A stretch of DNA of 64,000 nucleotides, from positions 5,360 to 69,359 of the forward strand of contig DXIQ01000017.1 of the NCBI GenBank assembly GCA_019112785.1, in the 5' to 3' direction. The position numbers and the translations under genes are program-made. Numbering within the stretch: the first letter of the stretch is position 1; every line of letters begins with the position of its first letter. Below are positions 17,988 through 27,270 of this stretch, piece by piece. Source of the DNA: Candidatus Blautia stercorigallinarum (lineage in GTDB: Bacteria; Bacillota; Clostridia; Lachnospirales; Lachnospiraceae). Below the pieces are notes generated by a model that searched no databases, was not told where the DNA came from, and saw nothing but the letters and a program-made list of their open reading frames with translations.

Positions 17988-19856
17988 TCATTTGTTGGGA
18001 GTGATCACATAGGTGGGCACTACTTTCCTTACCGCTTCTTTGATCTGGGGACTGTCTTCTCTGGACAGTTTATCCAGTATCTCAAGCTGTTTCCGGAATT
18101 CCTCCTCGTCGAACTCGATAGGCTTACCGATATGGATCAGTTTGTTGTCTGTTTCCTGGAGGCCTTCTTCGCTCATAAGCAGTTCCTCATAAAGCTTTTC
18201 TCCGGGACGGAGACCTGTAAATTCAATTTTTATATCCTCTCCCACTTTATAACCGGAGAGCTTGATCAGATTGGTGGCAAGATCCAGGATCTTCACCGGT
18301 TTGCCCATATCCAGGACAAAGATCTCTCCCCCTTTGGCATAGGCTCCTGCCTGGAGCACAAGAGACACAGCTTCCGGAATAGTCATAAAATACCGGATAA
18401 TATCCGGATGGGTAACCGTCACAGGCCCCCCTGCCGCGATCTGCTTTTTAAACAGGGGAATAACGCTTCCGTTGCTTCCCAGCACATTTCCAAACCGCAC
18501 TGCCACAAAATTGGTCTTGGAGTGTCTTGCAAACATCTGAACGATCATCTCGCACATACGCTTGGAGGCTCCCATGATATTCGTAGGGTTTACTGCCTTA
18601 TCTGTAGATATGAGCACAAATTTCTCTGCCCCGTACCGGTCCGCTGCCTCAGCAGTCTTAAAGGTTCCAAACACATTATTTTTAATTGCCTCGTTAGGAC
18701 TGTCCTCCATTAATGGAACATGTTTGTGGGCAGCCGCATGATAAACGATGTTTGGCCGGTACTTTTCGAAAATATTATTCATCCTGTGGGTATTCCGCAC
18801 AGAACCGATGAGCACTTCCAGATTCAGATCCGGATATTTTCTCTTCAGTTCCTGCTGGATATCATAGGCATTATTCTCGTAAATATCCACAATGACCAGC
18901 TGTTTTGGATTATGAGCCGCGATCTGTCTGCAAAGTTCGCTTCCGATAGATCCCCCTCCGCCGGTTACCATGACTACCTTATTCTGTACATAACCCATGA
19001 TCTCATCCAGATTCACCTGGATAGGCTCCCTGCCCAGCAGGTCCTCGATCTGTACCTCACGGAGTTTGGATACGCTTACGTCTCCATTAATAAACTGATA
19101 GATTCCCGGAATGATCCTGGTCTTACACCGGGTCTCTTTGCAGATATCCAGGATTTCCTTCATCTTTACATTTCCAAGAGAAGGGATCGCTACTATGATC
19201 TCCTGGATATTATACTCTTCCACTTTATCCGGGATGTCCTCCCTGGTCCCTACGATCGGAACCCCTCTCAGATATTTTCCCTGTTTTGCCGGATTGTCAT
19301 CAATGATACACTTTACTTTCAGGTTCAGATAACGGCTTTCCTCTGTCTCCTTTAAGATAGAGCTTCCTGCTGCTCCTGCTCCGATAAGCATAACATTGAT
19401 CTTTTTCTTATCCCCGCCGGTCAGGTCTGCCATCTTTTCATTTAATATGTTCAGGATCACATAGGAAAACCGCACACCGCTGGTACCGATGACCATAGCG
19501 AAATAATAGATCAGATAAGAAGATCTGGGCAGAGTCAGTTTCAGCATATAGGCGCAGGTAACCTGGATAGCAGAAGCCGCTGCGTTTCCCAGGATAATAT
19601 TCACCAGCTCGCTGGAACTGGCATGGCGCCACACGCCTCTGTACATTTTTGCAACTGCAAATACAATCAGAGTCATGATGGTATTTGGGATCGTATAATG
19701 AAGGACCTGCTCCATATCTGAGACCGGAATACTGTTAAAACTAAACTCATATCGGATAAACAGTCCCAGAAAGGAAGCGATCTGTACTGTCAGTATATCC
19801 AAAAGCACAAGAAGAAAAACCTTGCTTGACATGATTCTACCTTTTTTCCACTTCAT
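17988..19856 (-). CDS. membrane-anchored NDP-sugar 4,6-dehydratase/epimerase (CapD / WbpM / PglF family)
   Basis: 622 aa with four N-terminal TM helices, two Rossmann folds (LIGAGAAG and VTGGGGSIGSEL), and the short-chain dehydrogenase catalytic region. Confidence 0.9.
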   Translation of the reverse strand: MKWKKGRIMSSKVFLLVLLDILTVQIASFLGLFIRYEFSFNSIPVSDMEQVLHYTIPNTIMTLIVFAVAKMYRGVWRHASSSELVNIILGNAAASAIQVTCAYMLKLTLPRSSYLIYYFAMVIGTSGVRFSYVILNILNEKMADLTGGDKKKINVMLIGAGAAGSSILKETEESRYLNLKVKCIIDDNPAKQGKYLRGVPIVGTREDIPDKVEEYNIQEIIVAIPSLGNVKMKEILDICKETRCKTRIIPGIYQFINGDVSVSKLREVQIEDLLGREPIQVNLDEIMGYVQNKVVMVTGGGGSIGSELCRQIAAHNPKQLVIVDIYENNAYDIQQELKRKYPDLNLEVLIGSVRNTHRMNNIFEKYRPNIVYHAAAHKHVPLMEDSPNEAIKNNVFGTFKTAEAADRYGAEKFVLISTDKAVNPTNIMGASKRMCEMIVQMFARHSKTNFVAVRFGNVLGSNGSVIPLFKKQIAAGGPVTVTHPDIIRYFMTIPEAVSLVLQAGAYAKGGEIFVLDMGKPVKILDLATNLIKLSGYKVGEDIKIEFTGLRPGEKLYEELLMSEEGLQETDNKLIHIGKPIEFDEEEFRKQLEILDKLSREDSPQIKEAVRKVVPTYVITPNK

Positions 19857-19878
19857 AGTAAATTTCCATCCTTTGTAA

Positions 19879-20835
19879 TTACTTTATAAGAAATTTCCCC
19901 AGATTTTTGTATAGCTCCAGCTGTATCTCCAAATAGCGCTTTACGGAAAGCGCATGAAATTTTTTTTCTCTGTTCTTTGCAGAAATCGCAATCCCGTTTT
20001 TCAATCCGGCGGCATATTCTCTGCCAAACCCTTTCATTGTAAAGAAAGCCATCTTCACCCCGAATCCCAGAATAAATAACGGAAGATTCCAGATAATCTG
20101 GAGCAGAGGCATATTTTTATAGATCAGATAGACATTATTCCTGGATGAATAGCGGACTTTAAAGAGATTGTACCTGGAACCGGTAGTTCCGCTGCCTACA
20201 TGGAGTACTCTGGCCTTTGGGCAGAACCAGTTCTCATACCCCAGCAGCCTTCCCCGGTAGCCGATATCCAGGTCTTCCAGATAGGCAAAATGCTCTTCAT
20301 CAAAAAATCCTGTCTTATCCAGCAGCTCTCTGCGATAGATTGCAGCACCTGCACAGGAGGCAAAAATTTTCTTTTCCCTGTTATAGTTCTCTTCCGGCTT
20401 TCCTTTTCCATCTGCAAAAGCCCAGCCCAAAGCACAGTAATAATTTCCTGCGTCATCTACTCTGTCCTGATGTCTCATTTCCAGAAGCTTGGCCTGGCAG
20501 GAAAAAGCTCTGGGCTTACTTTCCATTCCCTTCACCAGCTCTTCCACAAAATTTTTTTCTGCGATAGTATCATTATTCAGAAGGATCACCAGAGGGCTGC
20601 TGCTTTTTTTTATTCCCTGGTTCACAGCTCCGCAAAAGCCTGTATTCTCGCTTAGAGGGATCAGCCGCACCCAGGGGTAGGCCTCTTCCACATATTCCCG
20701 GCTTCCATCCTCAGAGCCATTGTCCACCAGCAGGACCTCAAAATCCCGGAAGCTCTGATTTTCCATAGCATCCAGACAATCTTTTAAATACTTTTTCCCA
20801 TTATAATTGGGAATGATCACTGAAACCTTACACAT
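19879..20835 (-). CDS. glycosyltransferase family 2
   Basis: Track ORF 19879..20877, trimmed to ATG 20835 (MCKVSVIIPNYNG...) after AGGCAGGAAC. DNGSEDGS and NNDT motifs, and a C-terminal amphipathic/TM region. Confidence 0.85.
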   Translation of the reverse strand: MCKVSVIIPNYNGKKYLKDCLDAMENQSFRDFEVLLVDNGSEDGSREYVEEAYPWVRLIPLSENTGFCGAVNQGIKKSSSPLVILLNNDTIAEKNFVEELVKGMESKPRAFSCQAKLLEMRHQDRVDDAGNYYCALGWAFADGKGKPEENYNREKKIFASCAGAAIYRRELLDKTGFFDEEHFAYLEDLDIGYRGRLLGYENWFCPKARVLHVGSGTTGSRYNLFKVRYSSRNNVYLIYKNMPLLQIIWNLPLFILGFGVKMAFFTMKGFGREYAAGLKNGIAISAKNREKKFHALSVKRYLEIQLELYKNLGKFLIK

Positions 20836-20846
20836 GTTCCTGCCTT

Positions 20847-22673
20847 TCAGTCTTTTGGCCGCAGGGAATAATTCCACTTTGTCAGAGACAGATTTTTATT
20901 GTAATAGGGATCTCCTGCTTTTAAAAGTTTTTCCCATCTGCAGCGCATAAATTCTATCTCCGTCTGAAATCTGCGGACTTTCTCCTTGCTGTCCTCTGCT
21001 CCCCGGCTTTTTGATTCATAATGATATAATTCTACATAAGGATCATATACGACCAGATAATCCAGCTGTCTTACGCGAAGGCACAGATCCACATCATTAA
21101 AGGCCACACTTAAGGCTTCTTCAAACCCCTGTACCTGGTCAAATATCTGTTTTTTTATCATCATACAGGCCGCGGTCACCGCGCTGAGGTCCTGTATGAT
21201 CGAAGCTTTATGCATATAGCCGGATCTTTCTCTGGGCATATCTGTAAACATATGTCCCGCAATGCCTCCGATACCGATAACCGTTCCTGCATGCTGGATG
21301 GTATCATTGCCATAATAAAGCTTGGCCCCTACGATCCCCGTATCTTTCCGCTGGACAAATCCCAGCATTTCCTCTATCCAGTCAGGTGTGATCACCTCTG
21401 TATCATTATTTAAAAACAGCAGATAATCTCCTTTTGCCTTAGCCGCCGCAAAATTATTGATGGCGGAATAATTAAATTCCTTTTTCCATCTCAGCAGGCG
21501 TTTCTTTGGCATCTCGGAAAGCTGTTTGTAATAATCAAATATCTCCTGGGAAGTACTGTTGTTCTCCACGATCAGGATTTCATAGTTACTGTAAGTACTC
21601 CGTCCCAGAATAGAATTGATACATTTTTCCAGATCTTCTCTGGCATCCTTATTGGGAATTATAATAGAAACCAGAGGATTCCCCGCAACCGGATATTTTA
21701 CCCGGTAAAACCCGTAATCTTTTGTCTGGGTCACTGTTCCCACAAGGCCGGACCTCTTCAGGTTTGCTTCAATTGCCCGTTTTCCTGCTTCAAAAGCATA
21801 CAGCTTGCTCTCCGGATTGTCTGCAGTGGAGGCTTCATGGGTACGCCAATGATAAAGGATTTCCGGAATATGCCGGATCTTCCCGGCCTCCTCTGTACAG
21901 CGGAAGATGAAATCATAATCCTGAGCTCCGTCGTACTCACTGCGGAATCCTCCCGTCTTTTCCAAGATACTCCTTTTCACAACAAAAAAATGACAAATAT
22001 AATTATTGGACCGCAGAAGATCCGGATTGAAATCCGGTTTCAGATGGGGCTGGAAATGTTCCAGATCCTCTCCTCTTACTTTATCTTCGTCCGTATAGAG
22101 CACTTCTGTATCCGGCTCTTTCTCTAAAACTTTCGCCACCTCATACAAGGCATTGGGCGCCAGCAGATCGTCATGATCCAGAAGGCCGATATACTCTCCT
22201 TCTGCCATAGCCAAAGCTTCGTTGGTATTTTCCGCGATCCCTTTATTCTCCTCCAGCTTTTTCCATCGGATCCTGGGATCTCTCCTGGCATATTCCATAA
22301 GAGTATATTCCATGGAAGCGTCCTTTGGACTGGCGTTTGCGATACATAACTCCCAGTTTTCATAGGTCTGCTCCAGCAGCGAATCCATCATCTGGCGGAG
22401 AAACTTCTCCGGTGTTTTATATGCAGGCACCGCAACACTGATCTTCGGCTGATACTTCCATTTCTTCTTTTTCTGCTTTTCCAATTCTTCTATATCCGGT
22501 CTGTATTCTTCATACCAGGGTCCATAAGGCACCTCTTCTGGTTCAAAACGTTCATGAAGCCTGATCCAGAATTCCTTTGGCCCGTAATGCTTTAAATAAC
22601 GAAAACCTTTCTGGATCGTATATGGCGAAAGCCTCCCGAGAATCCTCCCCCATTCCAGTTTTCCAGTAGGCAT
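20847..22673 (-). CDS. bifunctional glycosyltransferase with two tandem GT2 (GT-A) domains
   Basis: 608 aa with two GT2 signatures (ISVAVPAYKTP...LLDHDD and VSIIIPNKD...FLNNDTE). Paralogue of the C-terminal roughly 560 aa of ORF 24157..26637. Confidence 0.85.
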   Translation of the reverse strand: MPTGKLEWGRILGRLSPYTIQKGFRYLKHYGPKEFWIRLHERFEPEEVPYGPWYEEYRPDIEELEKQKKKKWKYQPKISVAVPAYKTPEKFLRQMMDSLLEQTYENWELCIANASPKDASMEYTLMEYARRDPRIRWKKLEENKGIAENTNEALAMAEGEYIGLLDHDDLLAPNALYEVAKVLEKEPDTEVLYTDEDKVRGEDLEHFQPHLKPDFNPDLLRSNNYICHFFVVKRSILEKTGGFRSEYDGAQDYDFIFRCTEEAGKIRHIPEILYHWRTHEASTADNPESKLYAFEAGKRAIEANLKRSGLVGTVTQTKDYGFYRVKYPVAGNPLVSIIIPNKDAREDLEKCINSILGRSTYSNYEILIVENNSTSQEIFDYYKQLSEMPKKRLLRWKKEFNYSAINNFAAAKAKGDYLLFLNNDTEVITPDWIEEMLGFVQRKDTGIVGAKLYYGNDTIQHAGTVIGIGGIAGHMFTDMPRERSGYMHKASIIQDLSAVTAACMMIKKQIFDQVQGFEEALSVAFNDVDLCLRVRQLDYLVVYDPYVELYHYESKSRGAEDSKEKVRRFQTEIEFMRCRWEKLLKAGDPYYNKNLSLTKWNYSLRPKD

Positions 22674-22712
22674 TACCCTTCACCTGCCTTTCCTGTCCTT
22701 ACTCATCTGCTT

Positions 22713-22721
22713 ATTCTACCA
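22713..22721 (-). promoter_or_regulatory. possible extended -10 element for the GT operon (minus strand)
   Basis: The minus strand reads TGGTAGAAT (TGn + TAGAAT). No good -35. Confidence 0.3.
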
Positions 22722-22730
22722 CATTTTCTG

Positions 22731-22759
22731 TTTAAAGAAAACCTAAATTATGGTATAAT
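22731..22759 (+). promoter_or_regulatory. putative promoter of the DD-carboxypeptidase gene
   Basis: TTTAAA (22731-22736), 17-nt spacer ending in TGG, consensus TATAAT (22754-22759), giving an extended -10 TGgTATAAT. Confidence 0.45.
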
Positions 22760-22821
22760 GAGCGGGAATTGTCCCAACAGGACTGTTACTTATGTCTCAT
22801 ATTTATAAAGGAGGAACTCTT

Positions 22822-24030
22822 GTGAAAAAATCTGTATTGCCAAAGCCTCTTCTTTGTATTTCTCTGGCTTTAACTCTGCTGTTTGGCAGCTTTTCCACTG
22901 TACAGGCCACGGATTTTCCCAAAAGCTGGCCCCAGGCTCCGGAGATCACTGAAGAGACCGGTGTCCTGATGGAGGCTTCCACAGGCCAGATACTTTTTGA
23001 TAAATCTATGGATGAGATCCGCTATCCTGCCAGTACTACCAAGGTCATGACCGCCCTGCTTATACTGGAAAATGTAGAAGACCTGAGCCAGATTGTAACC
23101 TTTACCGATGTGATCACGCCGGATCTGGCACCGGGAAACTCTACCATCAATGCCAGGGTAGGAGAACAGCTTACCGTAGAACAATGTCTCTATGCCATTA
23201 TGCTGGCCTCTGCCAATGAGGTCTGTACCCAGATGGCGGTCTACGTGGCCGGATCTGTAGAAAATTTCGTATCCATGATGAATGAGCGGGCCCAGGAACT
23301 TGGGTGTCAAAACACACACTTTGTAAATGCCAACGGGCTGCCGGACCCCAACCATTACACCACTGCCCACGATCTGGCTCTGATCCTGGCAGCTGCCATC
23401 CAAAACGAAGACTTCTGCCGTATTTCCGGATCTGCGACATATACCATCCCTGCCACAAACATGACAGACTCTCCCAGAAATCTGGAAAACAGCAATGGAC
23501 TGATCAAAAACGGGAAATATCACTATGAAGGCGTCATTGCCGGCAAAACCGGTCACACGGAAGCAGCCAAAAACACGCTTGTCACAGCTGCCTCCCGGGA
23601 TGGGATGACTTTGGTCTGCGTAGTCCTTCGTTCCGACGGAGAGGATCGTTTTATCGATACGGTAAATCTTTTTGACTATGGCTTCGATAATTTTCATCTG
23701 TCTCCTGTATACTGGATGGACAGGGAGGAACCTGCCGGTTATGTGGCGCTTCCTAAAGGGGTGGAAAGCAATGTGCTCACTGTAAAAGACAGCGACGGCG
23801 GAAATGTCCGTACCCGGACCTATTCCTATCAGGGGACAGAGGTATATCGTACTCAGGTAAATCTTCCGGTAACTTTTGACTCATCAGAAGCTTCTGTTTC
23901 CTTTACCCCGCTTTTCTATCAGGTTAAAGGAATTGATTTTCTTCTTCCTGTTATGATCGGAATCACAGGAATATTATGTATAGCAGAATTTTCTTTAATT
24001 TTTCTTTCTATTATAAAACGCCGGAAATAG
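22822..24030 (+). CDS. serine-type D-Ala-D-Ala carboxypeptidase (S11, PBP5/DacB-like) with a C-terminal membrane anchor
   Basis: Track ORF 22792..24030, trimmed to GTG 22822, which lies 7 nt after AAAGGAGG. Signal peptide, SxxK motif (ASTTKVM), SAN, KTGHT, and a terminal TM helix. Confidence 0.9.
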   Translation: MKKSVLPKPLLCISLALTLLFGSFSTVQATDFPKSWPQAPEITEETGVLMEASTGQILFDKSMDEIRYPASTTKVMTALLILENVEDLSQIVTFTDVITPDLAPGNSTINARVGEQLTVEQCLYAIMLASANEVCTQMAVYVAGSVENFVSMMNERAQELGCQNTHFVNANGLPDPNHYTTAHDLALILAAAIQNEDFCRISGSATYTIPATNMTDSPRNLENSNGLIKNGKYHYEGVIAGKTGHTEAAKNTLVTAASRDGMTLVCVVLRSDGEDRFIDTVNLFDYGFDNFHLSPVYWMDREEPAGYVALPKGVESNVLTVKDSDGGNVRTRTYSYQGTEVYRTQVNLPVTFDSSEASVSFTPLFYQVKGIDFLLPVMIGITGILCIAEFSLIFLSIIKRRK

Positions 24031-24103
24031 GCAGCCTTTTCTGTATGTCTGCTCTATTCGTACATAGCAGTATATCTATTCGGATTTTAGGCAAGTCCAA
24101 AAT

Positions 24104-24145
24104 AAAAACCTTCTCCTGGGATTATATCCCAAAGAGAAGGTTTTT
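24104..24145. terminator. bidirectional intrinsic terminator between convergent genes
   Basis: aaaaaccttctc (24104-24115) / gagaaggttttt (24134-24145), with a nested gggat/atccc hairpin in the loop. Confidence 0.75.
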
Positions 24146-24156
24146 ATCATAACTGC

Positions 24157-26637
24157 CTATAAATTAAAAGGTTCTTTTTCAAGAGAAAAATTTGGATTAT
24201 AAAACGGATCGCCATTGTCTAAAATGTCTTTCCATTTTTTCCGGAATTTATTTATTTCATTTTCAAATCTGCGGATCTTCTCCGGAGTATCCTCATATCC
24301 CCTGGATTTTGATTCATAATGATGCCATAGAGAAAACGCATTGTAAACTACCCATTTTCCTTTTTCCCTGATCTTCAGGCAGTAGTCTACATCATTCAGG
24401 GCAACTGCAAATTCTTCTGTAAAGCCTCCTACTGAGAGGAAATCTTCTTTTGGCGTCATCATGCACGCTGCTGTCACTGCACTGTAATTACAGTTGATCC
24501 TTGGCCGTACCATGTAGCCGTAATCGTCTTTATCCAGTCCTACAAACACATGTCCGGCAAATCCTCCTATGCCGATTACCACGCCTGCATGCTGAATGGT
24601 ATCATCCTCATATAAGAGCTTGGCCCCTACTACCCCTACATCCTCTCTCATGCAGCATCCCAGCATTTCAGAGATGGCGGTCTCGTTAATGATCTCTGTG
24701 TCATTATTCAGAAATAACAGATAGTCTCCTTTTGCATACTGAACACCAAAGTTATTAATTGCCGAATAATTAAATTCTTTTTTCCAATATACGACTTTAA
24801 CGTTACCATATCTCTGTTCTAATTCTTCATAATAAGCAAACGTCTTGTCCTGTTCACTGTTATTTTCTACAATGATAAATTCTATGTTTTTATAGCTGCT
24901 TCTTTCCTGCACAGAAGAAATACATTTTTCCAGATCCTCTATATGGTCCTTATTGGGGATCACAATAGACACAAGGGGATCGCCGGGAGTCTCATAGATT
25001 ACATGATACATTCCCCAAAGATCGGTATGTTCCACTGTAGCTGCCACGCCTGTTCTCTTGAAATGTTCTTCTATGGCTCTTTTTCCAGCCTCATAAGCGT
25101 ACATCTTGCTGGCCGGATTGCCTGCCACAGAATTCTCATGCATTCTCCAATAATATAAGATCTTGGGAATATGGTTGATCTGTTTTGCCTGCTCTACACA
25201 TCTGAAAATAAGATCATAGTCTTGTGAGCCGTCAAACTCTGACCGAAATCCGCCTATTTTTCTGATAATCTCAGCTTTGGCAACAAAAAAGTGTGTAATA
25301 TAATTATGGGAACACAAAAGATCTATACTAAAATCCGGTTTGAATTTTGGATCCTTATGAACCTTCATATCATAGGAAGTCATATCCTCATCTGTATATA
25401 ACACATCATAATCCGTCTCTTGTAAAGCATTGACAACTTCATATAACGCATTTACAGCTAACGCATCGTCATGATCCAAAAGGCCTATATACTCTCCCGT
25501 AGCAAGTTCCAGAGCACCGTTGGTATTTCCTGATATTCCCATATTTTTCGGAAGGATTTTATATTTGATCCTGTTATCCTTTTCCTGATAAGATCTTAGA
25601 GTTTCCTCCAGTTCCTGATTACCCTCGCTTCCATCACCAATACACAATTCCCAGTTTGCATAGGTCTGGTTTTGTACTGATTCGATCATCTCCTGCAAAA
25701 ATTTCAATGGAGTATTATAAGTAGGAACTACAATACTGATCTTAGGCTGGTAATCAAATTTCCTGTGCTTCTGCATTTCTATTTCTTTATCCGTAAGCTG
25801 TTGTTCCTTAAACCATTCATCATATGGTTTTACAGTACTGTTGATCCGTTCTACCAGATAGCTCTTCAGTCCTTTTACGCCGTTTTCCGCAATATAACGA
25901 TATACTTTATAAATATTTTTGATTTTAAATTTTTTGATTGCCTGAAAAATAAAGCCTTTTCTTGCTTCGTATCTATGAGCTTTCCACAACTCTTCCGGAA
26001 CCAGCGAAATAGTCTTTTTATCTACTGTATCCGTAGCCTCAAAAATATACTTCTCATCATTATCATAAAGGAAAGTTGCTTTAAACCCACATAAAATATG
26101 CTTCTTGTCAGTCAAACGAAGCTTATATAAGTCCTCCCGTTTTCTCAATTCCATAGACAGATCTATATCTTTTCCCTGGCTGTCCGTAACTTTAAACTGT
26201 ATATCTCTGTCTGTCTGGGACACGCTCCAGCCGTTTACAATAATATGGTCTTTATCTATATATATCCCATCTATATTTAATGTCAGACTCTTCCGGTCTT
26301 CAATTTCTTCAAAGTCATGGCGGTCTAATGTATATAATTTCTGGGTAATGCCATTTTTCTTAACATAAAGTCTGTATTCTTCCGGTATTATTTCTCCCAA
26401 ATTTATTTGAATATCAAATCCACTGTTCAGTCTGACATTCTGTCTCTTAAATTTTTTCTGAACATCTGGCCTATCTACTGCAAATCTTTTATGATGGATC
26501 TGTTTTCCGTTCAATACAGAAAAGACCTGGACTGTATCTTCCTCTGATGAAAGTATCCAGCCATTTATCTTGATATAACGATGGCCCGGAATGTTTTTAT
26601 ACGCAGCCTGATCCACACAAAATTTTATCTTTTTCAT
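24157..26637 (-). CDS. large glycosyltransferase: roughly 265-aa N-terminal duplicated domain plus two tandem GT2 domains
   Basis: 826 aa. The C-terminal two thirds align by eye with ORF 20847..22673 (QPKISIVVPTYNTP..., GLLDHDD, VSIVIPNKD, FLNNDTE, HYESKSRG). TAGGAGA precedes the ATG. Confidence 0.85.
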   Translation of the reverse strand: MKKIKFCVDQAAYKNIPGHRYIKINGWILSSEEDTVQVFSVLNGKQIHHKRFAVDRPDVQKKFKRQNVRLNSGFDIQINLGEIIPEEYRLYVKKNGITQKLYTLDRHDFEEIEDRKSLTLNIDGIYIDKDHIIVNGWSVSQTDRDIQFKVTDSQGKDIDLSMELRKREDLYKLRLTDKKHILCGFKATFLYDNDEKYIFEATDTVDKKTISLVPEELWKAHRYEARKGFIFQAIKKFKIKNIYKVYRYIAENGVKGLKSYLVERINSTVKPYDEWFKEQQLTDKEIEMQKHRKFDYQPKISIVVPTYNTPLKFLQEMIESVQNQTYANWELCIGDGSEGNQELEETLRSYQEKDNRIKYKILPKNMGISGNTNGALELATGEYIGLLDHDDALAVNALYEVVNALQETDYDVLYTDEDMTSYDMKVHKDPKFKPDFSIDLLCSHNYITHFFVAKAEIIRKIGGFRSEFDGSQDYDLIFRCVEQAKQINHIPKILYYWRMHENSVAGNPASKMYAYEAGKRAIEEHFKRTGVAATVEHTDLWGMYHVIYETPGDPLVSIVIPNKDHIEDLEKCISSVQERSSYKNIEFIIVENNSEQDKTFAYYEELEQRYGNVKVVYWKKEFNYSAINNFGVQYAKGDYLLFLNNDTEIINETAISEMLGCCMREDVGVVGAKLLYEDDTIQHAGVVIGIGGFAGHVFVGLDKDDYGYMVRPRINCNYSAVTAACMMTPKEDFLSVGGFTEEFAVALNDVDYCLKIREKGKWVVYNAFSLWHHYESKSRGYEDTPEKIRRFENEINKFRKKWKDILDNGDPFYNPNFSLEKEPFNL

Positions 26638-26648
26638 TGATCTATCTC

Positions 26649-27254
26649 CTATCTTAAAAATTTATACAACAGCTTTATAAAAAGCACAATATAGGCCAGC
26701 ATCCCTGCAAAAACGATAAATTCCTGAAGGTTAAATGATTTATAAACATTCTTAAGTACCAGACACTCATCTCTGCTCTCACCATTAAGACTCAGCGATG
26801 TGCCTTCCTGTTTTTGTGTAGTGTAAAAAGAAACGCCTTTATCATCCGGTGTATTGTCAGCCTGTATCCTCAGAACATATTCTCTGCCTTTGCTCGCTTC
26901 TATCCGCTGAAATGGGATTTCTGTAAATTTTGCGTCTTCCCAGCCTGCTGTATCCACAGTTCCTGCTGCTACCGTCTCCTGAGTTTCTTTATCAATAAGC
27001 TGATAAATTAACGTTCCATTTTCTGTCCGGTTAAACGTCACCGGCTGTACCTGTACACCTTCCAAGCCATTCAATTCACAGTAAAAGCTCTGCTCAATAT
27101 AGGAATTGCCGCTCAGTTGGCCAAGATTCCCGTATCCGTCTCCTTCCACTCCTGCGTCATAAATCGGTACTTCCCAGGTACAGAGAAATGTCCTGATCAA
27201 AGAAATGACCAGAATAATACATACATAGATTATTGGTTTTATCGCTTTCTTCAT
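26649..27254 (-). CDS. hypothetical bitopic membrane protein (TM helix at each end, roughly 150-aa beta-rich ectodomain)
   Basis: 201 aa with AGGAGA upstream. Gaps are 11 nt to the downstream GT gene and 16 nt to the upstream ABC ATPase gene. I recognise no family. Confidence 0.6.
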   Translation of the reverse strand: MKKAIKPIIYVCIILVISLIRTFLCTWEVPIYDAGVEGDGYGNLGQLSGNSYIEQSFYCELNGLEGVQVQPVTFNRTENGTLIYQLIDKETQETVAAGTVDTAGWEDAKFTEIPFQRIEASKGREYVLRIQADNTPDDKGVSFYTTQKQEGTSLSLNGESRDECLVLKNVYKSFNLQEFIVFAGMLAYIVLFIKLLYKFLR

Positions 27255-27270
27255 ACTGTTTCTCTCCTGA

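Noticed and set aside
12048-19355. A series of 200-280-aa plus-strand ORFs (12048..12674, 14204..15031, 15754..16410, 16948..17775, 17865..18713, 18720..19355). Similar ones occur elsewhere (22870..23697 minus, 36799..37737, 45133..45873, 52224..53078, 53857..54582, 55376..55981, 58172..58810, 60832..61449).
   Set aside because: Each is fully overlapped on the opposite strand by a gene with clear family motifs. None has a Shine-Dalgarno sequence or recognisable domains. They are typical antisense open frames.
20604-20611. Homopolymeric T8/A8 tracts inside coding regions that could cause slipped-strand phase variation: the GT2 gene at 20604-20611, the LCP gene at 16310-16317, and comEA at 62166-62173
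   Set aside because: All three encode Lys-Lys-Lys runs in N-terminal or linker regions. Eight residues is at the lower limit for efficient slippage, and all three frames are intact. There is no evidence of variation from a single sequence.
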